Shown here: piece after piece, positions 18,199 through 28,583 of the stretch
Position numbering within the stretch: position 1 is the first letter of the stretch
How the letters are laid out: every line of letters starts with the position of its first letter
Source of the DNA: Bifidobacterium breve
GTDB lineage: Bacteria; Actinomycetota; Actinomycetes; S36-B12; UBA5976
Direction: 5' to 3'
Assembly: GCA_945866135.1 (NCBI GenBank)
Contig: CAMBGF010000003.1
Coordinates: 1-52,398 of the forward strand
Length of the DNA: 52,398 nucleotides
Made by a program: the position numbers and the translations under genes
The notes under the pieces: model-generated
What the model was told of the DNA's origin: nothing
Seen by the model: only the letters and a program-made list of their open reading frames with translations
Databases searched by the model: none

Positions 18199-18797
18199 CC
18201 CAGGGTCCCTTCGATAGTTCAAGTGCGCCCGACACCAGCGATATGCTCGATTTAGGTTCGTTGTTATTACCAAATGTTCCCGGCCTAGAAGTTCATCTTG
18301 ATTTGGATGTTCGTGCTGGAATTGGAAAATCTGTTTCGCTACACATAGATATGTCGATAGCAGAAGTTCAAGTTTTCGCGGCCGCAACCAACGAAGATCT
18401 CTGGGGCGAAATGCGCAATGCGATCGCAGCCGGATTGCGCGAACAGGATGTGGATTGCCAAATAGTTGAGGGTCGCTTTGGCACGGAAGTTCGCACTGTT
18501 ATGCCAACTGTTGATCTAGACGGCAATGCGCACGTGCAACCCGTTCGGTTTGTGGGAATTCGTGGATCACGTTGGTTCTTAAGAGTTGTAATAAGTGGTG
18601 ATGGCGCTATCGCAAACACTCAAGTCCCTTGTGAAATTGACGATGTTATTGCCCAGATTGTTGTTCATCGAGGAAGTGAACCGCAAGCCCCAGGTGAGCG
18701 ACTTTGGTTGCGCAGTCCGAATTCAAATTCAGCGCCTGCTACCGAAGATCCTGCACAAGATCAGGCGAAATACGGACACGTGCACATTTCGCTGTAA
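18195..18797 (+). CDS. DUF3710 family protein
   Basis: GPFD, LDLGSL, FAA, GRFGTE, RFVGIRGSRWFLR; follows dut. Confidence 0.85.
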   Translation: MTQGPFDSSSAPDTSDMLDLGSLLLPNVPGLEVHLDLDVRAGIGKSVSLHIDMSIAEVQVFAAATNEDLWGEMRNAIAAGLREQDVDCQIVEGRFGTEVRTVMPTVDLDGNAHVQPVRFVGIRGSRWFLRVVISGDGAIANTQVPCEIDDVIAQIVVHRGSEPQAPGERLWLRSPNSNSAPATEDPAQDQAKYGHVHISL

Positions 18798-18865
18798 TTG
18801 AGCGGTCAAACTTCAGTGCTCGAAAGTGGTTAAAGTAAGTATGTGAATTACAGTCGGAACACGCC

Positions 18866-19528
18866 ATGAGTGATGCGAAGCAAGATTCCAATGACGAAGG
18901 CATTGTTCATGAGATCAAAGATGACTCTGAATTACTCGCTAAGGCACTCGGTGGCTGGGCTGGCATAGTTGATTCTGGCCTACCATTCCTGGTTTTCACC
19001 ATTGCCTATCTTGCTACTGACCGAAATTTACAAGTCACTCTTTACGCGGCGCTCGGCACAGCTGCGATTTTGGCGGTACTGCGACTTGCCCGAAAGCAGT
19101 CGCTGCAACAGGTACTAGCTGGCCTGTTTGGAATAGCGATTGCGGCATTTCTCGCACGCCGTACTGGGAATGCGGATAATTTTTTCCTGCCAGGGATTCT
19201 GACAAATGCCGCTTATACAGCCGCTTGCTTAGTAAGTATTCTCGCGAAACGGCCACTGCTTGGTTATGTACTGGAAGCCATGCGCGGCAATGATATGTCG
19301 TGGGTAAAGGACACCAAGAAGCACAAATTATTTAGCACGATCACTTGGTTGTGGACTTTGATGTTTGGAATTCGTGTTGCAATCATGTTGCCTCTATATT
19401 TTTTGGGCCAGACTGCTGCGTTAGGTACGTTAAAGATTCTTTTGGGATATCCATTATTCGCACTTGCAATATTCCTCACATATCGATTGTTAACAAAAGA
19501 CAAATTGCTTTCGGGTGAAAACTCGTGA
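18866..19528 (+). CDS. DUF3159 membrane protein
   Basis: LGGWAGIVDSGLP, FFLPGI, RPLLG, LGYPL; multiple TM helices. Confidence 0.88.
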   Translation: MSDAKQDSNDEGIVHEIKDDSELLAKALGGWAGIVDSGLPFLVFTIAYLATDRNLQVTLYAALGTAAILAVLRLARKQSLQQVLAGLFGIAIAAFLARRTGNADNFFLPGILTNAAYTAACLVSILAKRPLLGYVLEAMRGNDMSWVKDTKKHKLFSTITWLWTLMFGIRVAIMLPLYFLGQTAALGTLKILLGYPLFALAIFLTYRLLTKDKLLSGENS

Positions 19529-20715
19529 CAGAGACTCAAGAAACCCGAATTGGTGACGTTGTTGAATTAACAGTAGACAAAGTTGCCAATGGTGGTTTTT
19601 GTATTGCACGCCATAATGGGCAAGTTGTGTTCCTGCGTCATGGTATTCCAGGTGAAGTTGTGCGCGCGGAAATCACTGACATCAGCAAGAAATTTTTACG
19701 TGCAGATGTGGTGGAGGTTGTTACTGCCAGCGAGCATCGAACTCCGGCGCCATGCAGTTACGCGGGAACTTGTGGTGGTTGTGACTGGCAACACGTTAGC
19801 TTGTCCCATCAGCGAGAGTTAAAGAGTGAAGTTGTGCGCGAACAACTTGCACACTTAGGTGGAATCACCCATGTCAATGGAAAACCCCTTGCGGAATTTG
19901 CGGTAGTAGCTCTTTCGCCGCAAGAAACTGGATTACGTTGGCGCACTCGAAATCGTTACTCTCGCATTGGCGGTGTTTCGGTGGGGTTGAAGATGACTCG
20001 ATCACATACCGTAATTGAAATCGAGGATTGCTTAATTGCTGTTGAAGGCTCTGTCGCCTTGGCGCAAGCCAAAGTGCATCTGGGAACTGGCGACATAAGT
20101 ACCGCGCAGAGTTCCTCTGGTCAGCACGTAGTAGTTGATCAACGCGGTGGTCCATGGCTGGATGAAACAGTTGGGGATCGTAGTTGGCGAATTCATGCCG
20201 GTTCGTTTTGGCAAGTCCATAAAGATGCTCCAGAAGTTTTTGTGCAAACGGTTCGTCGCTTTGCGAATTTAAAAGCCGGAGATAAAGCACTAGACCTTTA
20301 CGCTGGCGCCGGATTATTTGCCGCCAGTTTGGGAGCCGATGTTCGGGAAAGTGGTGAAGTCGTTGCAGTTGAATCAGTTATTGACTCCATGCGCGATGCC
20401 CGTCGCTCGTGTAGTGATTTGCCACAACTGGATTTGATTACGGCAGATGTGAGGAAGTGGATAACTCAAATAGCTGAAGATTTTGAAGTTGTAATTTTGG
20501 ATCCACCTCGCGCCGGTGCGGGCCTTGAAGTAATTACGGAAATCGATCGCATTACCAAGCGCGCGGTTGTCTACGTGGCTTGCGAACCAAGCGCACTGGG
20601 AAGAGATGCAAAGTACTTGGCCGATGCTGGCTGGACTATGACGCAACTTGTTGGCTTAGATGCCTTCCCAATGACTGGCCATGTGGAATGCATTGCGCTT
20701 TTTGAAAGATTTTGA
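19525..20715 (+). CDS. TRAM-domain RNA m5U methyltransferase (RlmD/TrmA family)
   Basis: N-terminal TRAM; CxxxxxCGGC Fe-S motif; SFWQ, LDLYAGAG, LDPPRAG, YVAC, DAFPMTGHVE. Confidence 0.92.
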   Translation: MTETQETRIGDVVELTVDKVANGGFCIARHNGQVVFLRHGIPGEVVRAEITDISKKFLRADVVEVVTASEHRTPAPCSYAGTCGGCDWQHVSLSHQRELKSEVVREQLAHLGGITHVNGKPLAEFAVVALSPQETGLRWRTRNRYSRIGGVSVGLKMTRSHTVIEIEDCLIAVEGSVALAQAKVHLGTGDISTAQSSSGQHVVVDQRGGPWLDETVGDRSWRIHAGSFWQVHKDAPEVFVQTVRRFANLKAGDKALDLYAGAGLFAASLGADVRESGEVVAVESVIDSMRDARRSCSDLPQLDLITADVRKWITQIAEDFEVVILDPPRAGAGLEVITEIDRITKRAVVYVACEPSALGRDAKYLADAGWTMTQLVGLDAFPMTGHVECIALFERF

Positions 20716-20748
20716 TCACCTGAGGTAGAAAATCCCAGTGTTCAGGCG

Positions 20749-20773
20749 TATAATTTATCTTGACATCAAGATA
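20749..20773 (+). promoter_or_regulatory. acnA -10 (TATAAT) followed by palindromic operator TATCTTGA-CA-TCAAGATA
   Basis: TATAAT 20749-20754; perfect 8-2-8 inverted repeat 20756-20773. Confidence 0.7.
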
Positions 20774-20786
20774 CTTTAGGAGTCTC

Positions 20787-23450
20787 GTGAGCAGCCTTAA
20801 TTCCTTCAACGCCAAATCCGAACTAACTGTGGCTGGTAAGAATTACACGATTTTTCGGCTGGATGCGTTGCCGCACGCAAAGCTGCTGCCTTTCACTCAT
20901 AAAGTTTTGCTGGAGAATTTGTTACGAACTGAAGATGGCGCAAATGTGACTGCTGCGCAGATTGAAACTTTGGCTAATTGGGATTCTCAAGCTGAGCCAA
21001 CTGATGAAATTCAATTCACTCCAGCCCGCGTGATCATGCAGGATTTCACTGGAGTTCCCTGCATAGTTGATCTGGCCACAATGCGAGAAGCCGTTACCGA
21101 ACTTGGTGGGGATCCAAATCAGATCAATCCGCTAGCACCTGCCGAACTTGTAATTGACCATTCGGTAATTGCAGATTTCTTTGGGGACTCTGCAGCTGCC
21201 GATAAAAACGTTGAACTTGAGTATGAAAGAAATAATGAGCGCTACAAGTTCTTGCGCTGGGGTCAGGACGCCTTCACAGATTTTAAAGTTGTGCCACCTG
21301 GCACGGGAATTGTTCATCAAGTAAATATTGAAGCGTTAGCGCGCGTAGTAATGGTTCGAGATGGGCTGGCTTATCCAGATAGTTGTGTTGGTACTGATTC
21401 ACACACAACTATGGTCAATGGCCTTGGTGTACTTGGTTGGGGAGTAGGAGGCATTGAAGCTGAAGCCGCAATGCTCGGGCAACCAGTTTCGATGTTGATT
21501 CCACGAGTAGTTGGCTTTAAATTGTTTGGACAAATGCAGCCGGGCACTACTGCCACGGACTTAGTGCTAACAATTACCGAAATGTTGCGCAAGCACGGCG
21601 TGGTTGGAAAATTTGTGGAGTTCTATGGTGAGGGTGTTACTGCAGTTTCGCTGGCCAATCGCGCAACGATCGGAAACATGAGTCCAGAATATGGATCGAC
21701 TGCCGCAATTTTCCCAATTGATGAGGAAACTCTTAATTACCTGCGGCTAACTGGTCGACCAGAATCTCAAATTGCATTAATCAAGGCTTACACCCAAGCC
21801 CAAGGTCTGTGGCACGATGTGGCACTTGAGCCAACATATTCGGAATACATCGAACTTGATTTAGGCGAAGTTCGCCCTTCGATAGCTGGACCAAAGCGAC
21901 CACAAGATCGAGTCCCTCTTGCAGATGCAGCAACATCTTTTGAAACAGCAGTAGCGACGTTCACTAAAGATCGAAACAAAACCGGCGCAGTGACTATGGG
22001 TAAAGAATCCTTTGAGGTTGGAAACGGCGCAGTAGTTATTGCGGCGATAACTTCCTGTACAAATACTTCAAACCCATCAGTGATGATGGCTGCTGGGTTA
22101 CTTGCTAAGAAAGCAGTGGAAAAGGGTCTAGTTAGTAAGCCTTGGGTTAAAACTACTTTGGCACCTGGGTCACAAGTAGTTACTGATTACTACAACAAAT
22201 CAGGGCTGACTAAGTATTTGGATGCGCTTGGTTTTAATCTCGTTGGCTATGGCTGCACAACTTGTATTGGTAATTCGGGTCCAATTGCGCCAGAAATTAG
22301 CTCAGTCATTGCGGAAAATAATTTAGCCGCAGTAGCCGTACTTTCCGGAAATCGAAACTTTGAGGGTCGAATCAATCCAGATGTAAAAATGAATTATTTG
22401 GCGTCGCCACCACTTGTGGTTGCGTACGCGATTGCAGGTTCGATGGCAATTGACATCCAAAATGATTCCCTCGGTGATGATAAAAATGGCAATCCGGTTT
22501 ACTTGAAGGACATTTGGCCAACTTCACAAGAAATTGCAGATGTAATTGACTCCTCAATTGATGCGCAGATGTTTACTTCTCGCTACAAGGATGTCTTTGC
22601 TGGGGATGCGCGTTGGCAAAATCTTGATACTCCAACCGGAGCAACTTTCGCCTGGGATCCAAAAAGCACTTACGTCAGGCGGCCGCCATATTTTGAAGAC
22701 ATGCCAGCTAACCCGGTACCTGTCACCGATGTCTTTGGCGCGCGAGTACTTGCAAAGTTAGGTGACTCAGTTACGACTGATCATATTTCTCCTGCAGGTT
22801 CAATTCGCGAAGACAGTCCAGCGGGTAAGTACTTAAGAGAAAATGGCGTTGCCAGAGCAGACTTTAACTCCTATGGATCACGTCGGGGAAATCATGAAGT
22901 GATGATTCGCGGAACTTTTGCAAACATCCGGCTGCGTAACCAACTCCTTGATGATGTCGAAGGCGGATTTACGCGCGACTTCACATTAGATGACGCGCCA
23001 CAAACTTCGATTTATGAAGCTTCAGTAAATGCTGCGGCAAAGAATGTGCCGATGGTAATTCTTGCTGGCAAGGAATATGGATCGGGCTCATCTCGAGACT
23101 GGGCCGCAAAGGGCACCGCGCTGCTTGGAGTTCGAGTCGTGATCGCAGAATCTTATGAACGAATTCATCGCTCTAACTTGATTGGTATGGGAGTGTTACC
23201 TCTGCAGTACCCAGCAGGGGAGTCTGCTGATTCGCTTGGCTTAACTGGCACCGAAACTTTCGATGTGACTGGAATTGTGGAATTGAACAATGGCGTAACA
23301 CCAAAAACTGTTACGGTCACAGCTCGCGCCGAAGACGGAAAAGTCGTCAAATTCTTGGCTGTGTTGCGAATCGATACCCCAGGAGAAGCTGATTATTTCC
23401 GCCATGGTGGAATTCTGCAGTACGTCCTTCGTTCACTTGTAAGCGCTTAA
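20787..23450 (+). CDS. acnA: Aconitate hydratase A
   Basis: [52 protein letters not shown]; GTG 20787 behind AGGAG. Confidence 0.97.
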   Translation: MSSLNSFNAKSELTVAGKNYTIFRLDALPHAKLLPFTHKVLLENLLRTEDGANVTAAQIETLANWDSQAEPTDEIQFTPARVIMQDFTGVPCIVDLATMREAVTELGGDPNQINPLAPAELVIDHSVIADFFGDSAAADKNVELEYERNNERYKFLRWGQDAFTDFKVVPPGTGIVHQVNIEALARVVMVRDGLAYPDSCVGTDSHTTMVNGLGVLGWGVGGIEAEAAMLGQPVSMLIPRVVGFKLFGQMQPGTTATDLVLTITEMLRKHGVVGKFVEFYGEGVTAVSLANRATIGNMSPEYGSTAAIFPIDEETLNYLRLTGRPESQIALIKAYTQAQGLWHDVALEPTYSEYIELDLGEVRPSIAGPKRPQDRVPLADAATSFETAVATFTKDRNKTGAVTMGKESFEVGNGAVVIAAITSCTNTSNPSVMMAAGLLAKKAVEKGLVSKPWVKTTLAPGSQVVTDYYNKSGLTKYLDALGFNLVGYGCTTCIGNSGPIAPEISSVIAENNLAAVAVLSGNRNFEGRINPDVKMNYLASPPLVVAYAIAGSMAIDIQNDSLGDDKNGNPVYLKDIWPTSQEIADVIDSSIDAQMFTSRYKDVFAGDARWQNLDTPTGATFAWDPKSTYVRRPPYFEDMPANPVPVTDVFGARVLAKLGDSVTTDHISPAGSIREDSPAGKYLRENGVARADFNSYGSRRGNHEVMIRGTFANIRLRNQLLDDVEGGFTRDFTLDDAPQTSIYEASVNAAAKNVPMVILAGKEYGSGSSRDWAAKGTALLGVRVVIAESYERIHRSNLIGMGVLPLQYPAGESADSLGLTGTETFDVTGIVELNNGVTPKTVTVTARAEDGKVVKFLAVLRIDTPGEADYFRHGGILQYVLRSLVSA

Positions 23451-23462
23451 CCGCTTAACTTC

Positions 23463-23801
23463 ATGAACAGTTGGCCATCTGATCTGATGCCTGCCGGTGC
23501 TACTGGGTGGGAAGTTAAGGCAGTCGCCTGGTTACTGGATCGTTGTCCTTCAGAGTTTCGTACTTATGAAATATTTCGCACGCATCCAGCAGCGCTTGGT
23601 TACGTAACGCAATTTCATTTGGAACATCAAGTGCAGGCAATCCGAGATGCCTACCGAAGCGCGCGAACTACTGCCAATTTAAAACCAGAACCACTCGATG
23701 AACTACTTGCTGCGCTAGAGCACGAGGGCGCTCGATTAGCTTTGGAACTAGAACAGGCCAGCTCGGTTATCAAAGCTCTAATTGGCCAGAATTCCAATTA
23801 A
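23463..23801 (+). CDS. Conserved actinobacterial hypothetical protein
   Basis: Fills the gap 12 bp after acnA; WP...GWE..AVAWLLD.CP.EFR.Y...HP pattern; helical C-terminus. Confidence 0.7.
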   Translation: MNSWPSDLMPAGATGWEVKAVAWLLDRCPSEFRTYEIFRTHPAALGYVTQFHLEHQVQAIRDAYRSARTTANLKPEPLDELLAALEHEGARLALELEQASSVIKALIGQNSN

Positions 23802-23936
23802 CATAGGCCCGTTTCGAAGTAGGCCAGTGCGCTGGCGCAAGGCATTTAACTCAATAGGTGATTAGACTTGGCAGATGATCCCGCGGCAAGTCGGTGGGAA
23901 ATTGCTAGCGGCAAAATGATTTGCGAAGGTGGGTTT

Positions 23937-25814
23937 ATGTCAATCTTAAAAGGCGTTGAGTCACCAGCAGACTTGCGCTCATTGACCCCTATGCAACTGG
24001 ATCAACTTGCCATTGAGATCCGAGCTTCCCTTGTGGACTACGTGACGCGCACTGGCGGTCACTTAGGTCCAAACCTTGGCGTGGTTGAGCTCACTCTGGC
24101 GTTGCACTTAGTTTTTGACTCGCCTAAAGATCCAATCCTGTGGGATACGGGCCATCAAACTTATGTGCACAAAATGATTACTGGTCGTGCGGGAGATTTT
24201 GATTCACTTCGCCAGGAAGGCGGGCTATCGGGTTATCCGAGCCGGGCCGAAAGTATTCACGACGTTATTGAAAATAGTCACGCTTCAACGGCGCTTTCTT
24301 ATGCAGATGGCATCGCGAAGGCTTTTGAGATCCATGGGGAAAGTGATCGCCATGTAGTTGCAGTCGTAGGTGACGGCGCCCTTACTGGTGGCATGACTTG
24401 GGAAGCTTTAAATAACATTGCAGATGGTTCGGATCGATCTATAGTCATCGTTGTTAATGACAACGAACGCTCATACTCACCAACTATTGGCGGCATGGCG
24501 CGACATCTGGCCACGTTGCGGACAAATCGAGGTTACGAAAAATTCTTAGACTGGGGTAAATCCGTCTTGGAACGAACTCCAGTAGTTGGCGCGCCGGTCT
24601 ATGACGCCCTGCATGGCATGAAAAAAGGTATTAAAGATTTCATCGCACCACAGGGTTTGTTTGAAGATCTCGGGCTTAAGTACATCGGTCCCATCGATGG
24701 TCACAATATCTCTGATATGAAATTTGCATTTCAACGTGCGCGCGATTTCGGTGCACCCGTGATTGTGCACGTAATCACCGAAAAGGGTAGGGGTTACCAG
24801 CCAGCTGAATCAGATGAGGCTGACCGATTCCACGCCGTAGGAATTGTAGATCCAGACACGGGTAAGCCATTAACACAATCAGCAAAATCTTGGACTTCAG
24901 TATTTTCAGGGGAGCTAGTTGCCATTGGAAGTGAGCGACAAGATGTTGTGGCAATCACAGCAGCCATGCTTGGTCCAACGGGTTTAACACCGTTCGCAGA
25001 AAAGTATCCGACTCGCACCTTTGATGTTGGAATTGCGGAGCAGCATGCAGTCACCAGCGCTGTTGGTATGGCACATGCTGGACTTCATCCAGTCGTTGCA
25101 ATTTATTCAACATTCTTAAATCGCGCAGTTGATCAAGTGATTATGGACTGCGCGCTCCACAATGCAGGTGTCACCTTTGCCCTGGATCGCTCTGGAGTTA
25201 CCGGCGACGACGGCGCCAGCCATAACGGAATGTGGGATATGGCGTTACTACGCGTCGTTCCAAATTTGGATTTATATGCACCGCGCGATGGTCAACAATT
25301 GAAATCTGCTTTACGTAGTTCGGTAGCAAAATCAGATCACCCTACGGTGATTCGTTTTTCTAAGGGCGCAGTCCCAGCTGACATCCCAGCAGTAACGCAA
25401 CTTGGTTTTGCTGATGTGCTGCTAGCAACCCAGCGACCAGATGTCAGCATCGTTGCAATCGGTGTGATGGCTACTCCGGCTCTGGAGGCCGCGCATAGTC
25501 TGCAAGACCAGGGTTTTAATGTGGAAGTAATCGATCCCGTTCAAGTCTTGCCGTTATCGCCAGGTCTAATTAACTACTTGAGCAACCGAGAATTTGTCGT
25601 AACAATCGAAGATGGATTAGTTGATGGCGGCATTGGTGAAGCGATTGGTAGCGCGCTGCGCAGGGCTAATTCGCCGACTCGAGTTATCTCACTTGGCGTT
25701 CCAAAGAAATTCTTAGATCACGCCACTCGAAAGTCAATCCTAAATAGTTTGCAACTCGATGCCCAGGGTATTGCAGCAACAATTGCTGAGGGTCTAAAAA
25801 CGACCGTTAGGTAA
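23937..25814 (+). CDS. dxs: 1-deoxy-D-xylulose-5-phosphate synthase
   Basis: GGHLGPNLG, WDTGHQ, TPP motif GDGA...N, GIAEQH, YSTFL, DRSG; ATG 23937. Confidence 0.97.
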   Translation: MSILKGVESPADLRSLTPMQLDQLAIEIRASLVDYVTRTGGHLGPNLGVVELTLALHLVFDSPKDPILWDTGHQTYVHKMITGRAGDFDSLRQEGGLSGYPSRAESIHDVIENSHASTALSYADGIAKAFEIHGESDRHVVAVVGDGALTGGMTWEALNNIADGSDRSIVIVVNDNERSYSPTIGGMARHLATLRTNRGYEKFLDWGKSVLERTPVVGAPVYDALHGMKKGIKDFIAPQGLFEDLGLKYIGPIDGHNISDMKFAFQRARDFGAPVIVHVITEKGRGYQPAESDEADRFHAVGIVDPDTGKPLTQSAKSWTSVFSGELVAIGSERQDVVAITAAMLGPTGLTPFAEKYPTRTFDVGIAEQHAVTSAVGMAHAGLHPVVAIYSTFLNRAVDQVIMDCALHNAGVTFALDRSGVTGDDGASHNGMWDMALLRVVPNLDLYAPRDGQQLKSALRSSVAKSDHPTVIRFSKGAVPADIPAVTQLGFADVLLATQRPDVSIVAIGVMATPALEAAHSLQDQGFNVEVIDPVQVLPLSPGLINYLSNREFVVTIEDGLVDGGIGEAIGSALRRANSPTRVISLGVPKKFLDHATRKSILNSLQLDAQGIAATIAEGLKTTVR

Positions 25815-27099
25815 CGACTTTCGCTGGTTGCGAAACTTGGTCTTGAACCATAAACCAAATGGCAGTCTCCAAAACTGGAGCCACAATTTCAATTTGCCAG
25901 AGTCTGGCTCCAAAATTCATTAACTCAACGCGCAGCAGTTCTGGGGTCTCGGGCGGGGACCAAAGTACTCGACGAATGGTTTCTGGCGTCATCAGATTTT
26001 CAACTGGCAGATTTAGTTCTTCTGCCGTGGCAGCTAATTGTCCGCGCGTGAATTCCAGTCGGCGCCAGGCCACAGGATTACGGACCTCCCAGTTTCGTGG
26101 CGCAGGCGTGCCAGTAGCTGGCAACTTAACTGGTGGCAACTGGTCTTCCGATAATTCATGCGCACGAATCGCTGCTTGAATCCAGATATCAGCATGGCGC
26201 TTAACATTTCGCAAATGCATAAATGAAAGAGTCCGCAAGTCTGTCTTTGTAGTCAGGCCAGAATTAGCAATTGTGACGATATGTGAATCTGAAAGGATTC
26301 GCCCAGCTGCGATGTCTTGTTCGCGCGCAATCTCATCACGCGCCTGCCAAACTTCTCGAACAATTGCAATCTCACGTGGACTTCGAATAACGTGCATTCC
26401 AGAAGTTCGCCGCCACGGGTCAACTCGTTCAATTGGAACAGTGGTTCGCCGGACATGATCAAATTCCTGGATAGCCCACTCACGTTTTCCAGCGGCAATA
26501 AGTTGTTGATCCAAAACATTCCAGAGTTCGATGAGGAACTCAACATCTAGCGCTGCATAATTTAGCCAGGAATCTGGAAGTGGGCGAGTTGACCAATCGG
26601 CTGCGCTGTGTTCTTTAGCTAAGGAAAATCCAAGTTGCGTTTCGATCATTGGACCTAAACCAACTCGAGGCAATCCCAATAGTCGCCCTGCTAACTCAGT
26701 ATCGAATAATCCGGCAGTTGGAACTAATCCAACTTCGGCCAGACAAACCAAATCTTGGGAAGCAGCGTGCAAAATCCAATCAACATCTTGCAATGCTGCT
26801 TGCAACAAATCTAGGTTCGCAAAACTTGTCGGATCAATTAAGTGGGAACCACAACCTTCGCGACGAAGTTGGATTAGGTATGCCCGTTGGCTAAATTTGA
26901 ATCCGCTAGCTCGCTCAGCATCTAATGCAACTGGCCCAGTTCCCTTTGAAATAGCAGCGACAATAGCAAGTAATTCCGCGGGTGTGGTAGCAATTTTGGG
27001 TAGCCCATCACGAGGCTCTGAGACCTTAATACTGTTGACTTCCGGAATCTCTTCGGCAGCAACAATAACTGCTAAGTCGTCAGTATTTTCCGATGTCAT
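25807..27099 (-). CDS. rnd: Ribonuclease D with HRDC domain
   Basis: DAERASG, WILHAASQD, FDTELA, KEHSAADWS, YAALDVE. Confidence 0.92.
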   Translation of the reverse strand: MTSENTDDLAVIVAAEEIPEVNSIKVSEPRDGLPKIATTPAELLAIVAAISKGTGPVALDAERASGFKFSQRAYLIQLRREGCGSHLIDPTSFANLDLLQAALQDVDWILHAASQDLVCLAEVGLVPTAGLFDTELAGRLLGLPRVGLGPMIETQLGFSLAKEHSAADWSTRPLPDSWLNYAALDVEFLIELWNVLDQQLIAAGKREWAIQEFDHVRRTTVPIERVDPWRRTSGMHVIRSPREIAIVREVWQARDEIAREQDIAAGRILSDSHIVTIANSGLTTKTDLRTLSFMHLRNVKRHADIWIQAAIRAHELSEDQLPPVKLPATGTPAPRNWEVRNPVAWRRLEFTRGQLAATAEELNLPVENLMTPETIRRVLWSPPETPELLRVELMNFGARLWQIEIVAPVLETAIWFMVQDQVSQPAKVVT

Positions 27100-27110
27100 A
27101 ACTAATGGTA

Positions 27111-27686
27111 TTAGCGCTTACGGGAGAGCGCAGAAACTCCTTCTGGCAATGGCGTTAAGCCGGAACTTTTTTCAACTAATGCCAGCCAAGCTGCAATGTG
27201 AGTTGATAAGTCTGCGCCATCGGGTGACCAAGATGCGCGAATTTCTAAATCGGTATCAGTTGAGCGATCTTCTAAGCCGGCAAATGATCGGGATACTGTG
27301 CGAGTGACGGTTCCAGAGACATTGTGATAGTCCGCACCCGCATCGCGCAGGGCATCAGTTAACCAAGACCAGGCAACTTCGTCAAAGAGATCATCGGTAA
27401 CAACATCTGATTCAATTGGAGCGCGCACGAAAGAAACTACTCTAAATGTTCCATCCCAAGTCTCTTGACCCTCTGGATCATGCAGAACTATGAACCGACC
27501 TACTGCGAGTTCTTCATCGTCAGCGTCGATGGATTCCACTGCAATCGCAATGCTGTGGGGAGCTAGCCGACTCGGCGCTGGAACTTCTTCTAGGACAAAT
27601 TCTGGTCGCAGTACCGGTGATTTCAGGCTAGCTAAAGCGCTATCCCATATGTCCACGCGCGACACACCTGCTTCCAATAACTCCAT
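27111..27686 (-). CDS. DUF3000 family protein
   Basis: PAPSRLAP, GRFIVLHDP, WDGTFR, VAWSWL, SGTVTR, EIRASWSP; exact start uncertain. Confidence 0.88.
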   Translation of the reverse strand: MELLEAGVSRVDIWDSALASLKSPVLRPEFVLEEVPAPSRLAPHSIAIAVESIDADDEELAVGRFIVLHDPEGQETWDGTFRVVSFVRAPIESDVVTDDLFDEVAWSWLTDALRDAGADYHNVSGTVTRTVSRSFAGLEDRSTDTDLEIRASWSPDGADLSTHIAAWLALVEKSSGLTPLPEGVSALSRKR

Positions 27687-27752
27687 TACTTATAAGCATA
27701 TGAAAAATCGACGTGATGTAGGTCGAGGCGCGCGGTTAGATAGGCTAACTAA

Positions 27753-28580
27753 ATGCCCGTGATTTTAGCGCTCCTTTCAAGTTTGGTTTGGGGTTTATCC
27801 GACTTTCTTGGTGGCACATTATCTAAAAAGCGCAAGGCAGTCGCAGTTATTGGTGGCTCCCAAAGTTTTGGGTTACTTTTTGTCTCGTTACTTGCAATTG
27901 GATTTCAAGCCTGGACTTGGAATCAAACTGTTTGGATAAATGGCGCGATAGCAGGCGCCATGGGTCTACTCGGACTTGTTTGTTTTTATACCGCACTCGC
28001 GACTGGCCAAATGGGAATCGTGGCGCCGATTTCTTCGCTAAGTGCGGTAGTTCCAGTCACTATCGGTTTAGTGCAAGGTGAGCGACCATCAGCAATGCAA
28101 CTTACTGGGATTGTGGTGGCATTAATAGGTGTCATTCTGGCAAGTGGACCAGAGCTAAATGGAAAAGTCGATCCGCGCCCAGTTTTCTTAGCATTATTTG
28201 CGGCCCTAACTTTTGGTTTCTGCGTTTACTTCATGGCGCAAGGTGCCCGAATCAATCCCACTATGACAGTGACTGCTATGCGCGCAGTGCAAGTCTTCCT
28301 TGTGATTATTCTGTTTTTGGCAATTAGAAATCTCGGCGGTTTAGTAAAACGTGACATACCGATGTTGGCAACTATTGGCGCCAGTGACGCGGGCGCAAAC
28401 GTGCTCTACACATTTGCAGCCTCACTCGGATTGCTATCTGTTGTTTCGGTGCTCGGATCCCTTTACCCAATCGTCACAGTGCTATTGGCTTGGTGGATTC
28501 TCAAAGAGCGATTAATGCAAATTCAATATGTAGGAATTGCTATCACTTTTAGTGGCGTTGCCTTACTTGCTCTGGGTTAG
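27753..28580 (+). CDS. DMT/EamA family transporter
   Basis: About 10 TM helices; WGLSDFLGG, GIVAPI, SLYPIVTV..A...LKER. Confidence 0.9.
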   Translation: MPVILALLSSLVWGLSDFLGGTLSKKRKAVAVIGGSQSFGLLFVSLLAIGFQAWTWNQTVWINGAIAGAMGLLGLVCFYTALATGQMGIVAPISSLSAVVPVTIGLVQGERPSAMQLTGIVVALIGVILASGPELNGKVDPRPVFLALFAALTFGFCVYFMAQGARINPTMTVTAMRAVQVFLVIILFLAIRNLGGLVKRDIPMLATIGASDAGANVLYTFAASLGLLSVVSVLGSLYPIVTVLLAWWILKERLMQIQYVGIAITFSGVALLALG

Positions 28581-28583
28581 TAA

